From Proteromonas lacertae (Eukaryota): a DNA stretch of 64,000 nucleotides. The stretch lies in contig NGBS01000293.1 in NCBI GenBank assembly GCA_002245135.1, positions 248,001 through 312,000 on the forward strand, given 5' to 3'. A program made the position numbers and the translations under genes. The notes beneath the pieces are model-generated. The model was not told the origin of the DNA and ran no database searches. It saw nothing but the letters and a program-made list of their open reading frames with translations. Of the stretch, positions 52,911 to 64,000 are shown one piece after another. Numbering within the stretch: position 1 is the first letter of the stretch; each line of letters begins with the position of its first letter.

Positions 52911-55900
52911 TCAATCACTTTCTTCACTGATTAAAGGAGAAAATTTTATACTTTTACATCTTCCACAAATCAACTCATCATTCTTAATATTATCATTATT
53001 ATCACTTTTATTCAAATTTAAACATCTCAAATGAAAATATAAATTACATTTTAAACATTGAATTCGTTTCTCAGTTTCACTCATTAATTTTAAACATTTA
53101 CTACATCGACGACTTATTTCTTTCACAAAATTTATTCGATAATTTCTATTCTCTTTTTGAAGAAACTATTTAGATTACATTATATATTATACATATATAT
53201 ATATACATAACTGTGAATTACTGTGTATAATATAAAATCATCTCGTTCTTCATTTAATAGTTTTGCATTGAATTTTCGTTCAAATCCATATAAATTTACA
53301 CTATCTACTATTCCATATTTACTTTTATCAGGATAAATAAACATTATTATACTTTTATTTCTCATTTCAACTTTTTCATATAATTCTTTATATTCATCAT
53401 TTAAATCATTATAACTGATTTTTAAACATGGATAACATCCAAAATATTTAGAACTATACCAACATAAATCATATAACTTAAATTGATTTTTATTATTTTC
53501 ATCACTTGAACTATCACTATTTTCATTTTCATCTTTCATTTCTTCTTCACTTTCTTCTTCACTTTCATTTAAACATATTCCAGTTATTGAACTAAACAAT
53601 ATTTTATATAAATATAAATATTATACTTTGGATTAACAAATTTCATATATGATGTTGGCTTGTTTATTCTGCCTCGTTTACAATATACACATTCATTATT
53701 CTTTACACATTCATAATGAAATTCTATTAACAATTATTATTATTATTATTATTTAAAATATTATATATTATTATATACGTAAATGACAATATTCACATTT
53801 AACAAATGCACTTTCATAATCACAATAAGGAGATTTAATATTGAAACATATACAACAATTTGTATCTATTGTATTATATTATAAGCAATATTTATATATA
53901 CCTCTCGATTTGAAATTGATTCGATCTTCTATTGGTAAATGATTACAACACTAAACAAAATATTATTAAGAAATTGATTAATAATAATAATATATATATA
54001 TATATATACATAAGCAATTGAAAAATCAAAAGGAATTATACCATTCTCAAATGAACTAAATATATTTTTCATATTTAATCGAATTAAACAATCAGCTCTT
54101 TCTATCATCTTTCTTTCTCTCATTCCATTTACATAGGATATTATCGCATATTTATTATCAAATGGAAATAAATCAAATTCATATTGACCTCTCTCACTTA
54201 AATCATCTCGTTTGATTATTAAACAGAAATTTTCATCATATTTATTCCATACAACTTCATACGATTTTAAATTTAAAGAATCTTCATTGGCTTTAGGAAC
54301 ATGGATTTGATATTTTTCTTCAATTTCATATTTATGTTTTACTAAGTGTAATTTCTTTCTTCTTTTCTTTGCAATTGTTATAGCTTGCGATTGAGATGTA
54401 TCTGATGAGGATAATGTTGAAAAAGTGGTTGAATCACTTTCATCTTCATTTTCTCCTTCTTCTTTTTCATTTTCTTTTTCATTTTTGTCATCTTCTTCTT
54501 CACTTTTATTTTTATTATCGTTTTCTTTTTCATCTTCTTTTTCACTTTCACTTTCTTCTTCTTCATTATCATTATCAACATCTTCCTTATTTTCAGATTC
54601 TTTGGGTTTTATATTCTTCTTATTCTTGTTCTTATGTTTAGTATAAGGAGATGTTCGAAATGATAAACTTCTCTTTTTATTTTTATTATTCTTTATAAAG
54701 ATTATTTCATTATCTTCACTATCAGCTTCACTATTTTCATTTTCACTTTCTGGAGATGTTTCTAATGGACTTATACTTTCATTTTTATCTTCTTTTTCTT
54801 CACTGCAACTATCATCAATTGTTATTACTTCTTCATCGTTCTCTAAATCAATTTTCATTTTCTTCTTCTTTTCTTCTCCTTCATCATTATCACTTTTATT
54901 TTCATTCTGTTTATTGTATTTTCTTGGTCTTCCTCTTTTCTTTGGTTTTACTTCTTCATTAGTCTCTTTATTGTTATTTAAACTCTTATTTTTCACATTT
55001 CTTCTTCTCTTTCTCTTGGCTATTGGTTCATCTTCTTTATTATTATTGCTATCACTTTCAGTTATATCACATACTTCAATATCATTGTTAGTTTTATTCT
55101 TCGTTTGGCTGTATTTTCTTTTTAATTGGTTTGATATTTTTGGCAAAATTATATCATCATCATCATTTTTATCTTTAAAAACTGTTACTTTATCCTTTTC
55201 ATTATTCTTCTTTTTATTATTTTCTTTATCTAATTCAGATTCAGATTCAGATGATGATGCAGATGATGATGATGATGATGAAGAGGAGGAAGAGGATAAG
55301 GAGTTTGAACTTGAAGATGATGAAGAAGATAATTTTTTCTTCTTTTTCGATTTAGTTCCAGTTGCACTCATATAAATCCTCTTTGGATTTTTCACTATCT
55401 TTGATGGTAATGGTTTTTGTTGTGCAGGATGAAGTGGAGGAAGACTACAATAAGAACGAGATGTTTGATTAACTATATTTGGATTTACATAAGTTAAATT
55501 TAGATTAACTTCATATGTATTAAGAGGTGGATAAAATAACAATGATCTTACAACTACTGGTTTTTGAGGTAGTGGTTTTACTACTTTGCAAGAATATTCG
55601 TTTCTTTTTGACGATGGTATTAATGATTCCATCTCTCCATAAGCCTATAAACAATTAAAATATAAAAACAAAAGATTATAAATTAAGTATATACTTGATC
55701 AAAACAAAAATTACACAAACGATGTTCTAATTCTTTACCTTTTGATGTAAAACACGATATGTGATAGATTAATCTGCAATCATCACATTCCGCTGTATCA
55801 TTATTTAAAATCTCGTTACAAACTGGGCATCTCAGCCTACTATCATTCAATATTGCTAATCTAGCATCTTTAGGTTGCATTGTAGCACACTAAGCAAATA

Positions 55901-56284
55901 CATATTACCATAAATATACAGCTGCTAATCTATAGGCTCTTAAAGTATTTGCATTCAATGACGGCAAATATAAAAAATTATTGTGTAAATTGAAAGGTCT
56001 CAATTCAAATCTTCCTGCTATATAACTAGGAACATATTAATTCAAGAAATACTATTCTTCTATGTTTGTTTCAAAACTTTTTAAAGCATATTTAACATCT
56101 TGATCAAATGCATTATATTTTTCTTGGTTTGTCTCGTCCAATGACTTTGGATTACAGATTAAGCAAGGTGTTGGATTTTTTGTGTCTTTTATATACCATA
56201 CTACTTCATTACAACTATTACGGATAATTAATTGTATTTATACAATTTTAATTCATCTGTATCTGTTGGATTTCTACATTCCAT
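52911..56284 (-). CDS. Multi PWWP-like/PHD-finger chromatin protein with an AT-hook
   Basis: Repeated VVW..PCLI modules, three Cys4-His-Cys3-type fingers, KKRGRPRK. Confidence 0.75.
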
Positions 56285-56636
56285 TTTTTTTAGCTCAAGC
56301 CAAATATATTTTAAATACAAATAATACGATATATACATAGAGAAAACTTAGAAAAACTGCATTGTCTTGATATTTAATGTATTTATGATTGTTATTAAGA
56401 ATCTTGTACAAAATGATTTATTCACAGTATTTTGATTTTAACCATTTATTATATAAATATTTATATTTATATAAAGACCATAGTGTTTGCTATATAAAGT
56501 ACATTTCATAACACACAAAAATAGATCAAGCTTATATTTCAGCTTGTTGTTTTAATTCCTTTCTATTTATTTATATAAACACTGTCAGATATTATAACTT
56601 TTCATAACACTACTATAACTCAGAATTAATAGTTTG

Positions 56637-59408
56637 ATGAAAAAATTAGATAATATAAAAGGGTTTGAGTATCATTTTCAGAAATTATTGTTTATAGAAA
56701 GTATCAAATTGTATGGTATGTTCCATTACATTTTTTATGCATGGTTATTGATGAAAGCTTTTTAGATAAACAATCATATGAAAAGTACATATCAATCGAA
56801 AATAAAAATAAGGTAGCAGTACGAGTGTTTAATAATTCAGAATATGATTTGTATTTTTATTTACTCTAATGATAGTGGTATTGTCAATAAACGTGAATTG
56901 TCAAAGTTAGACCCAGAATTCAACCGCAAAATGTTCAACAAGTCATTTAAAGCAGTAGAGGCTAAATATTCATCGCTAATCAAAGAAAAGAAAGAATCAA
57001 AATCAAAAACATTCTTTACCTCTCCATTAATAGATGAAGAAAAGGTGACCCAAGAATCAGAATCAGGAGAAGAGGAAGAAGAAAAATTGGAAGAAGAAGA
57101 AGAAGAAGTTAAAAAAGAAGAAAATTCATCCAAAAGAATGTTAAGCAAAAATGTAATTCCTAAAACGCCAATATTTTTGAAAGAAAAATTATACGATATA
57201 TTATGGTACAAAAAGACAGAAAAAAATGGAAAATTATTCATATGGCCAGCATTAGTAGTAGATCCAGGTGATTTAGATTCAAAAACGTTAAATGAATATC
57301 GAAAATATGAAAATGATGTTGAAAAGAAGTTGATTCCATTAAGATTATTCAATATGTCAAAGAAAAAACAATATATATTAGCGAAGAAGAGTGATGTATT
57401 AGATTTTAATGTAAGAAATAATAATTTATTCATCAGTAATCGAAAAGCTGATGCAAATCTATCAATAGCATTTTATATAGCATTTTATGCGAATGGAATA
57501 AAAAGAAGTATAAGAAAATCAATTAAAGAAGAAGGAGATGCTGGTTGTTGTAGATGTTTTTGTAATGATTTAGACGAAAATGAGAATGAATTATATAGTT
57601 TAGTTTATTGTGATCAATGTGATTTAGCTTATCATTGGAAATGTCTAAATTATATCCATATACCAGAGGATATTGAAAATGAGAAAGTCATTTGTACAAG
57701 ATGTACGTATACTCCAAGGAGTATGAAAACAGTTATAAGGAAAGGTGGTCAGGTACAAGTGTTACATCCAGAAGTATATATATATTTATAAATACATAAT
57801 TGTTTTGTAGGAAGAAGAAAATGAATTAAGAGATAATAATAATGAAGAAATAATATCATCATCATCATCTGAAAAGAAGAAGTTATTTAAAATGGATAAA
57901 AGTGATGATGATGATGATGATATAGAAGAAGAAGAAAGTGAAGAACAAGGACAAGAGGAAGAGGAAGATGATGAAATAGAAAATGATGAAGATGATGATG
58001 AAGAAGAAGAAGATAATGAAGATGAAGATGATTATAATAATGAATATAACAGTCAAGAGAAACATAATAATAAACCACATTTAATAAAACCAAGAAAAAC
58101 TGTTACTTTAACTGATAGTGAAGAAGAAGAAGAAGAGAAATTATCATCACTATCATTTTCAGAACAAGAACAAAATGATGAAGAAGATGAAATAGAAAAT
58201 GATGATGATGATGAAAAAAGACTTAGAAAAATTGAAAAAGAAAGAAAAGAAATAGAAAATATATTGAATGGTAAAGTTGCCTATAAAGAAAAAGTAATGA
58301 AAGAAAAAGAATTACCACAAAAGAGAAAATTAAATGATAATAATAATAATGAAGTTAATGTAAAGAAACAAAAGAATGATAGTTTAGAATTCATTAAAGA
58401 AATGGATAAAGTCATAATAGCAATAAAGACTGTATTTAAAAGATATAATAATTATTACAAACTTCAAGATATAATCAATAATAATACAAAATATGTGACA
58501 AAGCCTAAGGTATTAGCAGAAATATTCACATTTTTCAAATATGTATAAATATATTTTATTGTTTTTTTTAATTATATTTTTAGATTATTTTCAGAGAACA
58601 TTCTAGAGATACTTTAGGTAAAATCAAAGAAAACATCGACGACTTTGAAAACTCCTTCAAACAACAAGCCAAAGAGTTTGACAGTGAATTAATCTTCATG
58701 GAAATGATAAAAAGGTTAAATATACTAATAAATAAGCAATTAGATAAAATTAGTAAAAATTCAACTATGACGTCTAATATTTATACTGTTAAATGGGATA
58801 TAGACATGAATTGGCCATGTATTATTGTTGCTGAATATGATTTACCACCTGATGTTGTGAATAAATACAGTTATTATTTAAGTATTGAAGATTATGTGTG
58901 TATTAGGTATTTTTGTAAGTCAAATAAATATGCATTGTATATAATTTATTATATATATATATATATAGTGCAGTAGTTCATTCAAAAAGATTATTTCCAT
59001 TGACTTTGGATGAAAGTTATAAACAATTGAAGAAGAGTAAAAATGAAGATATTTATGATGCTTATAATGCTGCTTATGTATATTAGATTATATTTCTTAC
59101 TTTATAGTATGCTAATGGTTTGGATTTGAAGAGTAGATTGTCTATTATAAGCATTGAGAGTATATATTTCATAAATTAATGTAAAAATAGATGCTGGATG
59201 TTGTAAATGTTTTAATATGAATAGAGATGGATGTGAACCTGGTATTGATGGATTGGTTGATTGTCAATACTGCAAACTGTCTTATCACTGGAAATGTGCC
59301 GGTTTTGAGGAAAAACCAGATGATGATGATGTGAATACGTTTATATGTGAAAATTGTAAATCAGTGGGTATAACTTACAACGATCTTCCAACTCAATTAT
59401 ATGAATAA
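56637..59408 (+). CDS. Multi PWWP-like/PHD-finger protein
   Basis: LYDILWY..IWPALVVDP, WPCIIV, and GCCxC..VYCDQCDLAYHWKC-type fingers twice. Confidence 0.75.
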
Positions 59409-59613
59409 TATGAAAGTTTATAACTATATTTGTATAATTATGTTTTTTGAATGTTGGTAATAGCAAATAAGCATTTTTACTGCTCATTTTAAAGAAAAAT
59501 CAAAATACAAAAAAATACATTCAATGACAAACGTCAAGTTTGAATTTTGGCGCGATTTAAATAAAAATATTTGTTATTGTTAGTTACTCAATCAACTAAT
59601 CTCGAGAAAAAGA

Positions 59614-60496
59614 ATGGAACAACCTAAAGCAGATCAAGAACTTCAACCTCCAGCTAAAAAAGCTTGCACTGATGCTACTCCAGCAGCTGATCTTCCCGCT
59701 ACTCCTGATTATCATCAAAAACGTCTCTATGAAGTGTGTTGGAACAAGAGCCTCACTTATCCTTGCTTAATTGTTGATCTTAAAGATTTACCTGCTAAAG
59801 ACTTAGAAGCTTATAAATTATCAACAATTGCTGATAAAGTAGCAATAAAATACTTTTGTAAAGAAGAGAACCAATTGTATAACATAGCCTGTTAAAATAA
59901 TTATAGTGAAGTTGTTTCTGCTGCCAATTTAACTCCATTTGGTACAGAATCTAACTACGCCAATATTACCAACATATCTAAAAATGAAGAATTACAACCA
60001 GCTTTCACCACAGCTTATGTATTTATTTAATTATTATTTTTGTTAGTATTGTAATGGTCTTAAGAAGGAAGAGAGAATCAACGTTACAGAAGAAGCAGAT
60101 TCAGGATGTTGCAAGTGTTATCAAGTCAAAATTGAGAATTGCAAAAGACATTTGGATGATTTCGTCTATTGTGATAACTGTTGCTTAGCTTACCATTGGC
60201 AATGTGCAGGATACAGCAGAGTACCATCTAATCCAGAGAAGGTCGTGTTCAATTGTTCAAACTGTCGTGAAAAAGTATTTGATTTTTCTTTTTTCATTTT
60301 TATAGTTTCCAAACTTACCAGCTCCAGTATTTGAAACAAAAAAAGCAAGAAAAGAGGATGACTATGAAGAAGATGATGTGATTGATGATGGAGGTGATGA
60401 AGAGGAAGAAGTGAATGAAGAAGAATATGTATAATTTACTCTTTTATAATTGATTAGCAAGATGATGATGATTATGATGGTAAGGATGATGATTGA
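59614..60496 (+). CDS. Single PWWP-like + PHD-finger protein with an acidic tail
   Basis: LYEVCWN..YPCLIVD and GCCKC..VYCDNCCLAYHWQC; four introns. Confidence 0.78.
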
Positions 60497-60729
60497 GGAG
60501 CATGTTATTATATTTTTATTATTATTGTTATTTGTTTCTTTCTTCAAAATTTGACTTTTTTGGATTACTTCTATTTGGAGGAATATCTATTATATTTAAC
60601 AGTGTATATACTTAATTATATACATAGCAGAATATTTCTATCGCCAGCTAAGCATTCTATCAAAAGATATTCATAAAAACAAGAAAAGCTTGGCTTGAGT
60701 TCCTTTTATCGTATTTTTTCTATAACAGC

Positions 60730-63135
60730 ATGAGATTGATAATATTAACAATATTAATATTTGAGGTATTAGCTGTATGTCCAAATTTTTGTTCAGGCCA
60801 TGGTATATGTTCTGAGGACGATGTTTGTACTTGTTTTAAAGCTCCAGGTTTAGATACAAGCTATTTTTCACATCCACAGTATGTAGGCAGTGACTGTTCT
60901 GAAAGTATTTATTTTATTTTTATGGATCTTTAGGAAGTTGCCCTTATGGAGAATCCTTTGCTGTTATAACAGATAAAAAAGATAATCCAATAGAGAAGGA
61001 TAATAATGAAAATGATTCTAATGAGAATGGTCGATTATTAGAAGAATTCTCAAATTTTGAAGTTAGTCTAATGGATAGTGTGAATTATGAAGTTGTAGAA
61101 ATAAATGGTACATACCCGTTATTAGGTAAAGCGGGTGGAATAATGAATTGCAACAGAAATTCTACAGATATTCATCGATCTTGTCGACTCAATAATTTAA
61201 ATGTAATGGCAAGACAGGAAAACAAATACTTAATCTATTGGCCAGAAGAGGAAAGTATGACATGCAATGGGACAGAAATAGATTCATCAGAAAATCCAAT
61301 ATTAAATGATACTGAATTTTTATTCAACTGTCAAGTAATATATGAAAGAAAAGACTTGTCCACTATGATCTCTAATAAAATCAATAAAATACATAATAAT
61401 AATATAGGTATAATGTCAATAGAAGGTATTAGCCAACTGTTAGAGCATTATAATTACAATGATAATGACACTTACAATTTAGCATGTATTTATTCAGATG
61501 ATACTTTGCAGATGAAAATATATCCAGCAATATTGTATTTATACAGTCAAATTGAAGAAAATGGTAATAATTCATCTATTGATGATGATAATGATTATAA
61601 TTCAACTGAAACAGATAATGGTGGGAATGATGTAGAGTATTTAATAACAAAAGATAATAAAATGAGTAAAAAATCTGCATTTCATATTCCACCAGTTGAT
61701 TTACCAGGATCAATAGTTCCACCTCAGACTTCATCATCATCATCATCATTTTTAAATAATTTAATGAAAAATCAACAAAAAATAAAACAACAACAAAATA
61801 AACGTTTATTGAAAGAAAAATTATTTGAAAATAAAATCAAATCATTATCATCTATTTTTAATAAACCTCCACCACCTACCAATTATGATTTTGATATAAA
61901 TAATGTGATAAATGAAAGAAAATTATCAGAAGAAAATAATAATAATAATAATAATTTACAGACAGATTCAACACTTTCAAAATTTCAAAAGTATTTGAAA
62001 TTAGTTGATAATGAAATAGTATCTGGTGAAAATGCAATATTTGTTACAACAGAACCAATACTACCAGATGGACAGTGTTTCTTACTAGGAAATACAAAAG
62101 GAGAGAATATAGGATTAGATAAAAGTGATTTAATGAAATATCTAAGATATGAAAATAATAAATACTATTTTGGACCAAGTGTCAATCCAAATAATGCGTT
62201 TAGTAGAATTGTTAATGGCACATCGATTCAATCGATTGCAAGATAGTGATATTGAAATAAGTGATGATGAATTTAGAAAGAATAATGGAATAGTATTTGA
62301 ACTATCACAATTATTTTCACAAAATCAATTTAAATCTTCTTTAATTCAATTATCATCTGGCTCAAAACTAACAATCACGTTTCTATCACCCACAAATGGT
62401 GTTTATATGAGATTATATCGAATAGTAAAAGTGAAATTTTATAATAGTGAAGGTGAAGAGTTAGATAATGAAGGGAATGTAATATCATCAACAACAACAA
62501 CAAATCCAACAAATCCAACAACCGATTCCGAATCAACAGAATCAGACTCGAGAGAATTGCAGCAACAACAACAACAAAAGAGAATAAATACAAATGAAAT
62601 ATATGTAGCAATGATCACTGAACCACCATTTACACTTATTGATGAAGAAACAACTCTATTCTTACAGCTACAAAGCAATACAATACATGAATTTATCGAA
62701 TGTAGTGGTGCTGGAATATGTAATAGAAATAGTGGAAAATGTGAATGTTTTAGTGGATATGATGGAATAGCATGTCAAAGATTACGTTGTCCAAATGATT
62801 GTAGTAATCATGGAAAATGTGTTTCTTATGACGAAGCAATTAAAGGATCAAACTATCGAAATCAAATCAAGCAACAGTTTGGTTATTCTGGTAGTAATAG
62901 TTTGAATGAGAAATTCTTTGGATGTTTGTGTGAAAAAGGATACAGAGGTTCTGATTGTTCAATGAAAGAATGTCCATCTTTTGAAGATCCTCAAGCTGAT
63001 AAAGATATAAAGATAAATAATGAATATAGAGATTGTAGTGGAAGAGGTATATGTGATTATGATAAAGGCATTTGTGAGTGTTTTAATGGATATAGTGGAG
63101 CTGGATGTGAAGTTATAATGCCTGCTAACTATTAG
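60730..63135 (+). CDS. Secreted EGF-like protein resembling stramenopile mastigoneme/Sig1 proteins (frameshift near 62240)
   Basis: Signal peptide, [60 protein letters not shown]. Confidence 0.75.
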
Positions 63136-63223
63136 AAAATATTTTATCTTAAACATATATTTATTTTATTTCTGTATTGTTATGTAAAGATTTAAAATCA
63201 TATAATTAATTAAAAAATCTAAA

Positions 63224-64000
63224 TTACGAAGGTGATATTACACTACGTTGTATAGTATGATGAAAAGATATAATGGACTTTTTAGGAGAAGTAAAATGTG
63301 AAATCTTTTGATGATTTAAACTAGGTGATGTTGCATCATCACTATAACCTTCTGACGCATATGATTGAAGTGTTGAATGGCATTTTCTTTGACTATATCC
63401 ATATTTCTTCCTTTTATCTAGAATAAAGAGATTAAACAGTTCATCATATTCTCGAGGATCTTTATTTATATCTCTATATTCTGTATAATATGGTTGTGGC
63501 TCTTTTAATACTAATATTCTATAGATTGAAGAAAAACATGACTCTTTGGGTAAATAGGAGTGTCTACAGAAAGAATTATCATAAAATGCGATTCTTTTAA
63601 GTACATTTATGTAATGTCTTTCAGTAAAGAAATATTTTATCAAATTCTTTCTCATTTCCCAAAATGGATTGTACAACTCTCCATTTGATTCAATAAAGTA
63701 TGTTAAGTCTTTCACTGTGATTAATTCACCATTATAACTATTATTAATATGTTGATTTAATATATACTTTAGAAAATTAATTACATCTTTATTTGTCATT
63801 GCAGTATCTGATAGTTTAGAGAAAAATAATTGAGCCATATCCTTACTTACAGCATAATTACTATGTATTCCACACGCAGATAACAACACTTTGATAATTC
63901 TGTCTATTTGGCTGAAAGTGAGAACACAAAAAATATTGAAGAATATATTGTAGTCTATTTGATCAGCTATTAGAATATAAATATACTAGTAAAGTATACC
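63224..64000 (-). CDS. Hypothetical protein, 5' part outside the window
   Basis: Open frame of more than 220 aa with an upstream intron-like segment near the window end. Confidence 0.6.

Noticed and set aside
1..64000. Alternative genetic code to explain the fragmented ORFs
   Set aside because: Fragments join through short GT-AG introns, and TAA, TAG and TGA all end genes.
1..64000. CRISPR arrays, tRNA or rRNA genes
   Set aside because: No repeat-spacer pattern or recognisable structural RNA was seen by eye; the repeats are coding or microsatellite. tRNAscan-SE and Infernal were not run.

Overview
Very AT-rich, gene-dense eukaryotic nuclear DNA in the standard code. It holds about 30 protein-coding genes broken by tiny (mostly 27-37 nt) GTAT...TAG introns, so the ORF track shows most genes only as fragments. 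A mastigoneme/Sig1-like EGF protein, an outer-dynein-arm docking-like protein and Blastocystis-sized introns suggest a flagellated stramenopile such as a Proteromonas-like opalinate (inference). Recognisable genes: ZNFX1-like helicase, BTB proteins, two GRIP/GRAB golgins, ENTH, Aha1-N, GFAT-like, CYRI/FAM49, OGT/SPY-like, hotdog thioesterase, a degenerate kinesin, DUF3431 and a PWWP-PHD cluster. Main observations: (1) two candidate minor-class (U12-like) introns starting ATATCTTT whose in-frame 3' ends are AT and AA, both exactly 9 nt after a TCYTTAA branch box; (2) a 619-bp TGT..ACA non-autonomous transposon with 68-bp TIRs and a 14-bp target-site duplication; (3) five related pseudokinase genes fused to different C-terminal modules (SPRY, LRRs built from ~84-nt phase-1 exons, Hsp70 ATPase domain); (4) a GFAT with an intact glutaminase domain but lost isomerase residues, two genes from a divergent OGT. 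Many single-base frameshifts are probably assembly errors. Family calls come from motif recognition; no database searches were run.
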